A stretch of 64,000 nt of DNA from a virus (lineage: Duplodnaviria; Caudoviricetes), in IMG/VR virus record IMGVR_UViG_3300029305_003884, positions 96,001 through 160,000 of that record, one strand, 5' to 3'. Positions 48,901 through 56,903 of the stretch are shown in pieces. The notes below the pieces were generated by a model. That model did not search any database. It saw only the letters and a program-made list of their open reading frames with translations, and was not told where the DNA came from. The position numbers were made by a program, and so were the translations under genes. How positions within the stretch are numbered: position 1 is the stretch's first letter; each line of letters opens with the position of its first letter.

Positions 48901-49197
48901 AAGCAAAACTACAATATCAACGACGCCGAGGTCCAGAATATGCGTTCCGCACTCAACGGTGAATACAAGAATGAACTTGATAATATCATCAAGGAACATG
49001 CATGGCGTATTGCCGAAGCGCTTGTCAAGGCATATAAGAACTCGGATGACACCCCGACGTTCGATGGCGCTATCCAATACATCAAGGATAATTTGAAGAG
49101 CGCTAACCCACTCCTCAGAGACAATCCTGATGAATTTGGCGAATATGTCCGTAGCAACTTTGCCGTGAAGGTGAAGTATATTCTCGGAATCCGCTAG
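42970..49197 (+). CDS. Very large hypothetical late protein (2075 aa), possibly an internal virion/ejection protein
   Basis: Own late motif and terminator; IVLEA at residues 6-10. No catalytic motif recognised. Confidence 0.8.
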   Translation: MNMPQIVLEAMSPKDIDKAVKADARENFQKLISYTFPITEEMAKNAHSYEIEKRVTEEHQPVTFEWVAKHYSDRDVGMMIDLAKSILPKKRVRSIFFSTKSPKEQAYYARQYHELAALKCDDGSDGVKDVPTVFERFLKLIGKKLNEKADNTFVTTYDKEGVPTTKKLDGEAQLNEVAGSYYSVLEEALKTNYVSVMKQMSTQKYTESEDVGRYAAFLRYIFQYVDDARTQRNPSTGEKKQMPLKELFGMGSENLARKVLSPISGSSLGAKTNWGSVLNAGNAILKRIDPSRLTNSNLDDIYIYPQYVVDVLSLTNETIPRFCAVLKNHNYGDIAEALSNGKPTGKAQNTKLDITSSRLIAALKDKGVISDCLKADLADVFKKWGDSWVTQEPSGNVTISLDKTLAERPKMDNADENTVRAVGVAIGQPKKRSNTFREYTGEDIVDQAHRDMTVAKATVVKNLSQEKIDAELERMKMEGVPLSQRLDNLKTDEGIGKAEDKLGRDIGKDMKAAKNYKGDAAETSVVFFTDDGKSHTYKVGPQIDIQLAKDVVPNVFFRKSQAGVYFIAIPHGVAFATMQNKEGEIIRNDTPDTLTDGLTCNNKRAIFASVKELMNSAIGRYSRAVAHDGKTGRIRFSSPAANNAYAQVLAALKEMKAQDLAFPDVKVTDMTGLVTLFKSILSVTVPDEENINEILKPFSTPGNDLTMTVETYNPATGKFVFNTKASPKTLVTHLKEMYNLGSPKVVMNVLNVLVPNRWNLSEWNYSNVVRAAKAMNAEGDEDEGDAQNAYYGDLNDAFKKAYERVFPNPDEANFDLEHTKDLRDEIVAELAEYGNNEAARDVLKIKFSDFTDFTRQLENVGKYNDADTDGQPDDGTDSVDYFDDHAVVDENGYNSYENYNDAMSHVDAQEDEESIPDTSAFGDDDSNLAQRALDSAIRTVCGTTEPSSIDAARTSRIQTTLAKLLVKLQSKGFIRIKIAHAVQSIQFKNYADFRNKYWSIVADAIEKRPGVSDNRLRMDKFVEDDINAYAKPMYFTKQILRSGLDDAAYNGSDRMVIPVMGALMIKYATEHAIKNNSLEQLFDRDDLVESFNENFTKEYDEKKSAGTPDFNAYAAMKQKIDADPEYITKVANIVVKNADGVVKDVMGVPVGSGSMPVQFDAQTARTPGSPGRVLVDFCLYNVESDKTAERNRLHEAFGASNSIRIMLEKLRRSVPSECLSIDYGNVPNGPGKLDTMDAKKIEESEWSNLKSYYGRASIWKDRYSSLKSKIDDIYRLGSPDAFEVDAGDTSPYKYDNKMIDLGAVHDFFTSLMTLASTYNDLGASEKNGSVTERQVARQMTLNNEVQRQKVLINSHFMKLKASFDSIYNGVKNGGTLTEKQKNIVDMVMHEVVLNPMNVLINNNARLITAFAYYEALVGMKGERDLSPTGREYGFGSDAAKGLGKEGEIVGRNSAVDTADAGLQLVYTIMGTKGIREKAAQIEKHISPEKAKSDFEEYFAEFGSQYPTAVDLLNSVSTKEELKKKKGDRMFFCDYAGDIPKRITESESLYMARVRQIRTSEMILLMFNLSSDILNSVNGHGYGNDMNEYHRIMAAQGGLVNSDAMADGSIEILSKKLLNELVNVDAELALATDAVSKRGGNNPAEKARGVLRGREKYPQNKTNEFIDELVSDDKLDVNKMQDLLVEMGRDGNPTLVGGGSAMNLDASLDVLDVGDNNMLIHSNNKLKLRQGDFLVIRAGNAVRVANVQAVAGDAKLRNYYIDRVYDLKVGDEKVPFSRFQSRNVLSPRDLMDRFDDVIVTLGEWHDDYPDFVPADIIHKLIVLNQVYRTSACSDVMKSAVSYYAWRASNYREESLKPQEIVFKGAPINGSVVRKLVLAIVEDLKKFGRGGELEHLDRYDTIWNMLPDDFREVAAQFNLSIGSPSAGKEEAKDYSNIVKATSLDLNQKNIMSSLVAAIGKRYGRVKLAYIDKALQKPEIKQNYNINDAEVQNMRSALNGEYKNELDNIIKEHAWRIAEALVKAYKNSDDTPTFDGAIQYIKDNLKSANPLLRDNPDEFGEYVRSNFAVKVKYILGIR

Positions 49198-49216
49198 TGC
49201 ATTAGACATATTTAAC

Positions 49217-49248
49217 AGAGCCACCGTTGAAATAACGGTGGCTCTTTT
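49217..49248 (+). terminator. Intrinsic terminator
   Basis: AGAGCCACCGTT-GAAAT-AACGGTGGCTCTTTT. Confidence 0.88.
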
Positions 49249-49286
49249 ATATTGTGTTCCAGGGGCATCCCCATTTGTTTCGGCGT

Positions 49287-49296
49287 TATAAACTAT
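49287..49296 (+). promoter_or_regulatory. Putative late promoter TATAAACTAT
   Basis: Exact decamer. Confidence 0.75.
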
Positions 49297-49321
49297 AGGT
49301 AAAATAGCCTATTACCACATT

Positions 49322-51727
49322 ATGTCGATGCTTGATGCTGATTTTGATTTTACTGATGAGGAATTGGAGGAGATGGAGAAGGCCGCCTCTGATGCAGAAG
49401 CTGCGGAAAAAGAGGCTGATGCCGAGAAAGAAAAAGCTGCCGCCGACTCATTTTTCTCATCACAGGAAGCAGATGTTTCTGAATCTGACTTGGATGCATC
49501 CTTGTCTGAAGATGAGGACGAAATGTTTAGTGGTGTAGAAGGCGAGGACTCTGATATCTCCTCTGTCGATGAGAACGAGGAGTTTTTAGCTGACTTGGGC
49601 CCGCTGGATGAAGATAAAGGTGGAAAAAGAACGAAAAGTATATTCGATTTGGGAGGATTTCGGAAAAAAGGGCGCCCTGGCCCAAGCCGTTCTAGGAGGC
49701 GTGAGGAGGAAGTCTACGATGATGATAATGATGGTAGGCCTGAACCATCAGTCTACATACCGCTTGGCGAATCATTGAAGCAGGCCGCAGAGGACAATGA
49801 TGTTGACTATGCTGACGTTTTCTCGTTCATCATGGCGATAGACTCATCGGCAAACAAGACGATTTCTACCAAGTACGATTCTACTGTATACAGCGACGAT
49901 TGTGACTATTTTGTACAGTTCCTATCAAAAGTATTTCAGGCCAATAGTCAGAGGACATTGAGTATCATCGTTTCGGAAGTCATATCTTACCTCAAAAGGA
50001 ATGCGGGTATGACCTTTACGGCGATTGATATCATCATGTATTGCAACGAGCTGTATGCTCAGGTTGAAGACAAGGTCCAGGTATTCTCTTTTAACGCTAT
50101 TGGATACACCAAGATGAGAGTCCTGGTGGAAAATGCGTTCATTATTGAGTATTTGAATAACATCGGAATTTCTAAGGACCTGAAAGTCGGAAACAATGTA
50201 GACGATGCGGTTAATGGTGTCATCCAACTGGCAGTGGCGGTTGCCTATCACATGTACGAGAACATGCTTGGCGATTCCGTTGAAAAGTATAGTATGGCTT
50301 ACAAGAGAATAGAAACCGATAAGCCAGAAATGCTCAATGTAATCGAGGAAGGTGATTACGAGTCGTTCTATAAGATGTTGAGGACTTTTGGAGGTTCTGG
50401 GACTATTGGCATAGACATTCGTGATATCGACCTGAATGTGGAGTCATATTCTCCTGGCGAGGCCGCCGCTCTCTATGCGGCAGTAATAGCAAAAATGGAC
50501 GAATTCGCCGCAAAGTATCACCGTACGTATGACAACGAGGATGTCGAACGTGTAGTTGACAGCATCGTTAGTAGGGGTTACCGAGCTTCGCAGACGAATG
50601 CGATAGAGTATTATTGCGATGAGCTGTTCAACCCCAAGAAGGCCGTAAAGAAGAGCGACGACAAGGATACGGTAAGTGTTGACAATGGGATGAACATTGC
50701 GACGAAGGCTTATATTCCAGCGGGTTACGGCCTGAGTAAGTCTCACATCGAGATAAACAAGCCTTATACGGAAGTGTTCGGCATTCCCTTCATCAACATA
50801 CGCCATCCGCTGTTCAAGACGATTGCGATGAGGTATAGCAAGAAGTATACCAATACCAAGGCCAAGAAATCTAATGGAAAACTAAGTGCCATGGACAAGG
50901 TGTTGGAGAAGCGCTTGCGTGACGTTGAGGTAAATGCGGATAAGGCCGAGCGTCAGCTGATTAAGGAAATCAAGAAGGGAAGCCTCATGTCTAAATTCTT
51001 GATAGGCGACACCAAAAAGGATACTCAGGTCGAGGGAGAAGGTTTGGGTCTAGTGTCTACCATCGAGAAGGGTCTCCGCAAGGTCACCTCGTTTGCATCA
51101 AATCCGAGACTCGTCAAGAACATATTGAAGCTCATCAAGATGGCCATGGACGGTGAGGAAACCCCTGTGTCAAGGAACACTCTTGTGGTTGCAACTAACA
51201 GGATGAATGCTTATGACAGGAACCCGCTTGTTTCTAACTACGAGAATGACCAGTATACTAATGTCAGGGTTGTCAACCCGACTAAGCCAGAGAAGAGTGC
51301 CGCTGTATCGAAGAAGTATTTGAAGCAGTTCTATGATATCGTAAATCCGTTGGAGAATGCTGACGAATATATTGCCTGTGGTGCGTTCTCGGCAAATCTG
51401 GTGAACGGATTTGAGGGAAGGGGTATGTTCAAGGCGCAGCTGAATACGGTCTCTGGCGGGGCTATTGACCCGAGCGCCGTGTCCGATGCTGCCATAACCC
51501 TGTTCCGTCAGGATATCTTGGCACACGGTGGATATCCGTACACTTACGTGTTGACTGACCAGTTCACTGGCGAGAACAACCAGGTATACAAGATAACCCG
51601 TAACAACAATTTCTTCGGCGACCTTATAAGGCTCGATGTGGACCTTGTTGCTATACATGTCAAGAAGGCGGGTATAGATGGAATTTTCATCATGGAGAAC
51701 CATGATGCGGAAGTGCTGTTTAGCTAG
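49322..51727 (+). CDS. Hypothetical late protein (801 aa) with a highly acidic N-terminus
   Basis: Long ORF following a late motif. Confidence 0.8.
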   Translation: MSMLDADFDFTDEELEEMEKAASDAEAAEKEADAEKEKAAADSFFSSQEADVSESDLDASLSEDEDEMFSGVEGEDSDISSVDENEEFLADLGPLDEDKGGKRTKSIFDLGGFRKKGRPGPSRSRRREEEVYDDDNDGRPEPSVYIPLGESLKQAAEDNDVDYADVFSFIMAIDSSANKTISTKYDSTVYSDDCDYFVQFLSKVFQANSQRTLSIIVSEVISYLKRNAGMTFTAIDIIMYCNELYAQVEDKVQVFSFNAIGYTKMRVLVENAFIIEYLNNIGISKDLKVGNNVDDAVNGVIQLAVAVAYHMYENMLGDSVEKYSMAYKRIETDKPEMLNVIEEGDYESFYKMLRTFGGSGTIGIDIRDIDLNVESYSPGEAAALYAAVIAKMDEFAAKYHRTYDNEDVERVVDSIVSRGYRASQTNAIEYYCDELFNPKKAVKKSDDKDTVSVDNGMNIATKAYIPAGYGLSKSHIEINKPYTEVFGIPFINIRHPLFKTIAMRYSKKYTNTKAKKSNGKLSAMDKVLEKRLRDVEVNADKAERQLIKEIKKGSLMSKFLIGDTKKDTQVEGEGLGLVSTIEKGLRKVTSFASNPRLVKNILKLIKMAMDGEETPVSRNTLVVATNRMNAYDRNPLVSNYENDQYTNVRVVNPTKPEKSAAVSKKYLKQFYDIVNPLENADEYIACGAFSANLVNGFEGRGMFKAQLNTVSGGAIDPSAVSDAAITLFRQDILAHGGYPYTYVLTDQFTGENNQVYKITRNNNFFGDLIRLDVDLVAIHVKKAGIDGIFIMENHDAEVLFS

Positions 51728-51736
51728 GTGGAATGT

Positions 51737-52468
51737 ATGAACGAGAAGAAAATCTTTATGGAAGCCGTAGGCAATTTCGGTCTCACCGTACGACAGTACG
51801 AGAGCATTTCTCGGCTGTATGACGTGTGTTTCGAGGCGACGATGAAGGACCTATCGGGACCCGTAGACAATCTCAGAAAGTACAGGAGCAAGGCACTCAT
51901 GTTCCATTACAACGACCTGACGAGGAACCCGAAAACTGGACATGCTGTTGTTCACTTCGTCGTTCCGTCGGCAAGCAATGAGAAGAATTACGACGTCTAC
52001 ATCGAGTTCATCCCGAAAGATGGAACTTTGTTCAGCATGGCCCAGGGCCCGATGACTCCAGCAAAGAAGATTGGTTTGCTGCGTTCGTGCGATGTGAAGG
52101 TGTTCTGCACATGTCCTGACTTCAACTGGTCTGGCATGAAGTATAACCTAAAGCATATTTACGACAGCTACCTTTCTGGATACGAGTCCATTGAAGGTGT
52201 TCCGCCTGGTGGTGAGGATATTCCTCCCAATGTTAAAGACCCTCATCACAAGAATAGGGTGTGCAAGCACTTGCTTGCGGCGTTTAATGCAGTTATGACG
52301 AACTGGATGACCATTATCAAGGCAGCCAAGAACTATCGTATAACAGATGAGCCGCCAGTGAACGAGGAACCTGTCGAGGAAACCCCGATAGAACAGGCTC
52401 CGGCAGAAACACCAGCGGCTACTCCCGAAGTAGACGAGAATATCTCGCCTGACGAAAACGGAATTTAG
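51737..52468 (+). CDS. SWIM-type zinc-finger protein with N-terminal propeptide-like motif
   Basis: VFCTCPDF...VCKHLLA (CxC...CxH). ATG 51737 preferred over GTG 51728. Confidence 0.7.
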   Translation: MNEKKIFMEAVGNFGLTVRQYESISRLYDVCFEATMKDLSGPVDNLRKYRSKALMFHYNDLTRNPKTGHAVVHFVVPSASNEKNYDVYIEFIPKDGTLFSMAQGPMTPAKKIGLLRSCDVKVFCTCPDFNWSGMKYNLKHIYDSYLSGYESIEGVPPGGEDIPPNVKDPHHKNRVCKHLLAAFNAVMTNWMTIIKAAKNYRITDEPPVNEEPVEETPIEQAPAETPAATPEVDENISPDENGI

Positions 52469-52530
52469 TTTTAAAAACGTATTTTAGTGTATGGGCCAGC
52501 ATTGAGCGATGGTGGCCTGACGCTCTCTAT

Positions 52531-52540
52531 TATAAACTAT
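52531..52540 (+). promoter_or_regulatory. Putative late promoter TATAAACTAT
   Basis: Exact decamer upstream of the prohead genes. Confidence 0.75.
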
Positions 52541-52573
52541 ATACGAATGTAATGATTATTGTGGTTTTCGGTG

Positions 52574-52753
52574 ATGTCAATACCAGGACTTAAAGACAAT
52601 GATGCACGCTCGCTCATAAGCTATCTGCTTAATGGCGACTCCACAAACGTGGAGAAGTTGGTCAATGCCTATATGGAGTCCGCATATAGCATCTGCACGA
52701 AAGAGAAGACCAAGATAGTCATGGAAAGTATTAACTCACCCAAGAAGGCGTGA
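52574..52753 (+). CDS. Small protein, possible prohead core component
   Basis: Sits between the late motif and gp21, where T4 has gp67/68; contains YMESA and IVMESI. Confidence 0.5.
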   Translation: MSIPGLKDNDARSLISYLLNGDSTNVEKLVNAYMESAYSICTKEKTKIVMESINSPKKA

Positions 52754-52767
52754 GTAGGGGAAGCGTC

Positions 52768-53502
52768 ATGGGAAAGATGCGTGAAATCATTGGCGTACCG
52801 AATTTCAACGACAGTAAAGTGACTGTTGCGGAACGCACCGACTTGTATGGAAATAAGGTTAAAAGGCTTATCCTGGAAGGCACCGCTATCGTGTGTGACG
52901 AACCAGGTATTAACGGTCGTTCATATCCTCGTGCAATCATCGCCAGGGAAGTTGAAAAGCTGAACAGGACGAAGATACCTCTTGGACGACTCGCCGCTGA
53001 ATTGAACCACCCCCGTGTCGACATGGAAGGAAATCCGAAGGATTACCCGATTTTCGAGATGAACCTTTGGAAGACTTGTGCCGTCATCGAGGAACTCCGA
53101 ATGGACGGAAAGAATCTGTACTGTCGAATGGTTGTTGCCGAGGATACCGACGCTGGTCGAAACCTTGCAGGCCTCATCAAGGCTGGCTACACTCCTGGCT
53201 ACTCCCTGCGTGGTGCGGGTGATACCATCGAGCTTCCCACTGGCTATGAAGAAATCGACCCTGATTATGTATTGATTACTGTTGACGTTGTTGGAAACCC
53301 GAGCTTCGACAACAAGGCTCTCATCACGAGTCATTTCGAAAGCGACGCTGGAAAGAAGAAGGCACACAAGATTCTTACCGAGAGCATCAATCGCTATGGA
53401 AAGGAAGTTGCCTTGAATTACAGCCTGCGTAATAAGAATTTCCTAACTGACCGTTATCATTGCTACAACAGGGAAGCTCTACTCAACAATTTGCGTGGAT
53501 AA
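52768..53502 (+). CDS. gp21: Prohead core protease (T4 gp21-like)
   Basis: LILEG, NGRSYP, AELNHP (catalytic His), GYSLRGAG (catalytic Ser) and TVDVVGNPS. Confidence 0.92.
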   Translation: MGKMREIIGVPNFNDSKVTVAERTDLYGNKVKRLILEGTAIVCDEPGINGRSYPRAIIAREVEKLNRTKIPLGRLAAELNHPRVDMEGNPKDYPIFEMNLWKTCAVIEELRMDGKNLYCRMVVAEDTDAGRNLAGLIKAGYTPGYSLRGAGDTIELPTGYEEIDPDYVLITVDVVGNPSFDNKALITSHFESDAGKKKAHKILTESINRYGKEVALNYSLRNKNFLTDRYHCYNREALLNNLRG

Positions 53503-53513
53503 GGTGACAAACT

Positions 53514-54464
53514 ATGGAACTGTCAAACATTTTAACAGAAGAAGAACTTGGTAGCATCGCCCCTTCGATTGTTGCGAAGATTGAAGCGAGCTGCAACAAG
53601 GCGATAGCCGACTACGAGGCGAAGGGCGACCGGCAGTTCAAGTCCTTGGTCGAGGCCGTGTCTGGACAATTTGATGCGTTGGTAAAGCCAGCTGTTCAGA
53701 AGAAGGTGGACAGCATGGGCGATAACGCTGTCAAGGGTAAGCTTTTCGAGGCTTTGCAGAAGATTGTGAATGTTCTTGAAGAATGCCAGATAGAGACCAC
53801 GCAGGAAAGGGAAGCGAAGAAGGCTGTTGCCCAGTTGAAGACGGAACTTCAGGAGAAGGTTGTCGAATACAAGCGTGCCATGAAGCAGCTTATGTACGCC
53901 AAGATTGCCGACAAGGTTCTCCGTGAGACCAACGGCTATCGTCCAGACCTCCAACAGAAGGCGGTCGAATACTTTACCAACCCTTCTCTGGACATTTCCC
54001 TAGACGACCTTAAACGTGAAGACATTTTCAACTACATCAATGGTATCGAAGACGACAAGATTTCGAGCAACGAGTTCAGCGGAATCGGTGAAATCAAGGC
54101 TCCTAACCAAGTCGATATGAATGAATTGAACGAGATAGCCGACAGCCTGATGCATGACGACATCATGGACAACGGACTGACGAACTATCGCAAGAACAAC
54201 CTCGCCGTTAACGAAGTTAGGTATCCAGCTGGTGGAAACGCTGCTGTCGGCAAAAGGATGCGTCCTGCGCCCAAACTGGCCTCCGTAGGCTTCGGCAGCA
54301 AGTCTGCTGCATTTGAAGCCCTTGGGCAAGGACTATCCAAGAACAAGGTGTATAACAGCCCCGATGTTACCAAGGAAATGCTCGCCCAGCCGAGTTCGCT
54401 GGACAACGACGTTTCCGATGATGATGTCAGGCAAGCCCTGAGCGCAATGAACGTGTTCTCGTAA
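53514..54464 (+). CDS. gp22: Prohead core scaffold protein (T4 gp22-like)
   Basis: Helical coiled-coil protein directly after gp21, with several L-x-E-A motifs. Confidence 0.6.
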   Translation: MELSNILTEEELGSIAPSIVAKIEASCNKAIADYEAKGDRQFKSLVEAVSGQFDALVKPAVQKKVDSMGDNAVKGKLFEALQKIVNVLEECQIETTQEREAKKAVAQLKTELQEKVVEYKRAMKQLMYAKIADKVLRETNGYRPDLQQKAVEYFTNPSLDISLDDLKREDIFNYINGIEDDKISSNEFSGIGEIKAPNQVDMNELNEIADSLMHDDIMDNGLTNYRKNNLAVNEVRYPAGGNAAVGKRMRPAPKLASVGFGSKSAAFEALGQGLSKNKVYNSPDVTKEMLAQPSSLDNDVSDDDVRQALSAMNVFS

Positions 54465-54487
54465 CCAGTTTCCACTTTACACCAAAC

Positions 54488-54521
54488 GAATGGGGGTCCT
54501 ATCTCACGGGGACCCCCATTC
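54488..54521. terminator. Strong hairpin after the scaffold gene
   Basis: GAATGGGGGTCC...GGACCCCCATTC 12-bp stem; U-tract is weak. Confidence 0.6.
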
Positions 54522-54543
54522 AAATATTGTATTTTATATAACG

Positions 54544-56883
54544 ATGAATCCTAAGCACGACGAACTCTGGAAACTCCCGCAAGACACGCTCGCTCTTGCA
54601 TCGGAATATGACATATCTCCCGTTGTCAACGACGAGGAGATTGCTGGCATGGACTTCTTGACGGAGGAATCCGATGGCAAGGTAAACTACGACGAAATAA
54701 AGTACGAGATTCCGACGGATACGAAACAGATACTCCAAGCTAATGTGGAATACGGACTTTACGAGCTCTCCGAAGCCGACCGTGTATTGAAGGATAATGT
54801 CAAGTACATAAGTCTGAAATATATATGCAGGAACTTGAACCGTACGGTGGAATGGGTAATCGACAGGGATATCCTGCACAACCTATTCTACATTCTTGAC
54901 AGCAACGGGGATAGGCTTTACCGTGAACCCGAGGTGGTGGAACGGTGTAAGTTTCTGGCCATCGAGTTTAGAAGGAAGGACCTTCCGTTCTCCACGTTCG
55001 GTAGGATGGAAGCCGCTGAATATCTCGGGGTATCACAGGGAAAGTTCGAGTCTATCGTGAAGGATATTCCGTTCAAGGAACAACTTTCTACCGACGGCGA
55101 AAAGCACGTAGTGTACTACAAGAAGGACCTTGATGTTTACTACCGTCATCACAATTTCTTGGACATTGTCGCAAAGGCCAATGCAACCATTTCTTTCGAG
55201 GATGTCGTAGATATAATCGGAAACGTGTCGAAATCTAACGAGTTCTTCGCCGTGTACAAGCCGAGAAAGATGAAGACGATGGATGGCTATGTGACAGACA
55301 GGTACTCGTCCGATGACGTAAGGAAATTCATCGATTCGCACAAAGGCGACACATCTATCTACAACCCGTTGAAGGATGTCATTTCTAGCGACATGGCTAG
55401 GATATACATTGGGGCTACCAAGAAGGAATGGTTGCGTGCCAGGTACGAGAAGAAGCTGATACGCCCAGTCAGGAAGGCAAACGGTTCAAAGCTTAGTAGA
55501 CCTGGAAAGGGATTCGCTATGTTCCTCGTGGATGACCTCGACAGGTACATGTATGAAAGGGATTGCGGCGAACTGTATGGACTCGGAAAGGAGTTCATAA
55601 CGAGAAAGCATATCAAGAACAGATACGGTGTCAATGACAAGTGGATTGACACTTACGCAAAGGACAGCGACAAGGTTCATGTAAAACTGGCTTCGGGAAA
55701 CGTGATGACATGGGCGACCTATCATTCCAGCAAGGTGAAGGAAGTGATGGTGGGTATCAACTATGTAGATATCGAGGCTTTAATCAAGGGTGGAAACTTC
55801 ATCGACATAACCCGTGAATTTATCAGGAAGAAGTTGAAGATTGACAAGGAGGAGAACGCAAAGCGCTACAAGAAGGGCAAGTTCTCCATCCTGATGATGC
55901 ACAAGAAGTTTGTCGAGATGAGGAAGAAGAGTCCGTATCAGTACCACGAGGTAACCGACGACGATGTCACCCTCGCTCTCGATACGAAGATTAACGAACC
56001 CCGATTGGTCATGGCCGAAAAGAAACGTCTCCTTAAAAAGATTAAGCAGAAGGAAATCGAGCATGATAACAAGATGAGGGAGATACTCGGTCTGACACCA
56101 GTCAAGTGTCCTGGAGTCACCAGCAACGATGTCGTCAAGTCGTTGACGTCGCCGCAGGTGTTCCGATGCATATACAAGAGGGGCGAGGTTGACCTTTACA
56201 AGCGGTTTGATGGCGGATACAAGACGTATGATTATGTCTACCACCCGAACCATTACTTCACTAGGAAGCACAGTGCCGACAGGGTTTCCCTGAGTGTCAA
56301 GGCGTTGTTCTCGGGCATGTTCAAGATGGAGGAGGAAACATTCAGTTGTCCCCCAGATTGGTTTGTATATATGGACAGCTCGACCTGCATATCGGATATC
56401 TTCTGGAAGGAAAAACTCGATAGGCTCCCGAGCGATGTCGGCATGGTTGGTACTTACGGTTGGAAGACGGTGCCTGCCTCGTTCAACTGGCACGAGAGCC
56501 ATGATTCTTACGGATGCTACGAGGGAATGTCGATTAAGGACAACAGCACGAGGAAAATCGTTGGTGAACTCGGGTTCGGTGAACTTACGGACGTGGCAAT
56601 TCTTGGTGGGCCTGTATTCGCAATAAGGGCGAGCATGATACAAGACATCCTCCGTGTCCGTATATTGAACGGGTATGTCATAGGTGACGACCATATTGCG
56701 GCTGAGTTGTCTATGTTCTGCCACGAGTGCCGCCAGAGGGTGTGTGTAATTGACACGAATGTCGTAACCTGTATAGATTACATGGATTACGTGGGCGGAG
56801 AGGACTGGGATGAGGACCAGATTAACTTTGTTTTGCGTTGGCAGCACCGTCTGTCAAAGATGAGGGAAGCCCCGACATTATAA
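54544..56883 (+). CDS. Protein with tandem MerR/excisionase-like HTH repeats and a C-terminal glycosyltransferase-like domain
   Basis: GRMEAAEYLGVS..VYYKKDLD, SSDMARIYIG..MFLVDDLD and related repeats; C-terminal WFVYMDS..VGMVGTYG..VAILGGPVFAIR..ELSMFC. ATG 54544 preferred because 54490 lies in a hairpin. Confidence 0.6.
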   Translation: MNPKHDELWKLPQDTLALASEYDISPVVNDEEIAGMDFLTEESDGKVNYDEIKYEIPTDTKQILQANVEYGLYELSEADRVLKDNVKYISLKYICRNLNRTVEWVIDRDILHNLFYILDSNGDRLYREPEVVERCKFLAIEFRRKDLPFSTFGRMEAAEYLGVSQGKFESIVKDIPFKEQLSTDGEKHVVYYKKDLDVYYRHHNFLDIVAKANATISFEDVVDIIGNVSKSNEFFAVYKPRKMKTMDGYVTDRYSSDDVRKFIDSHKGDTSIYNPLKDVISSDMARIYIGATKKEWLRARYEKKLIRPVRKANGSKLSRPGKGFAMFLVDDLDRYMYERDCGELYGLGKEFITRKHIKNRYGVNDKWIDTYAKDSDKVHVKLASGNVMTWATYHSSKVKEVMVGINYVDIEALIKGGNFIDITREFIRKKLKIDKEENAKRYKKGKFSILMMHKKFVEMRKKSPYQYHEVTDDDVTLALDTKINEPRLVMAEKKRLLKKIKQKEIEHDNKMREILGLTPVKCPGVTSNDVVKSLTSPQVFRCIYKRGEVDLYKRFDGGYKTYDYVYHPNHYFTRKHSADRVSLSVKALFSGMFKMEEETFSCPPDWFVYMDSSTCISDIFWKEKLDRLPSDVGMVGTYGWKTVPASFNWHESHDSYGCYEGMSIKDNSTRKIVGELGFGELTDVAILGGPVFAIRASMIQDILRVRILNGYVIGDDHIAAELSMFCHECRQRVCVIDTNVVTCIDYMDYVGGEDWDEDQINFVLRWQHRLSKMREAPTL

Positions 56884-56888
56884 ACTAT
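56879..56888 (+). promoter_or_regulatory. Putative late promoter TATAAACTAT
   Basis: Exact decamer overlapping the upstream stop codon. Confidence 0.75.
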
Positions 56889-56903
56889 GAATGATTAGAC
56901 TAT

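Noticed and set aside
42970-49197. Virion RNA polymerase or tape measure protein
   Set aside because: No DxDGD motif, no tape-measure repeats and no transmembrane segments recognised.
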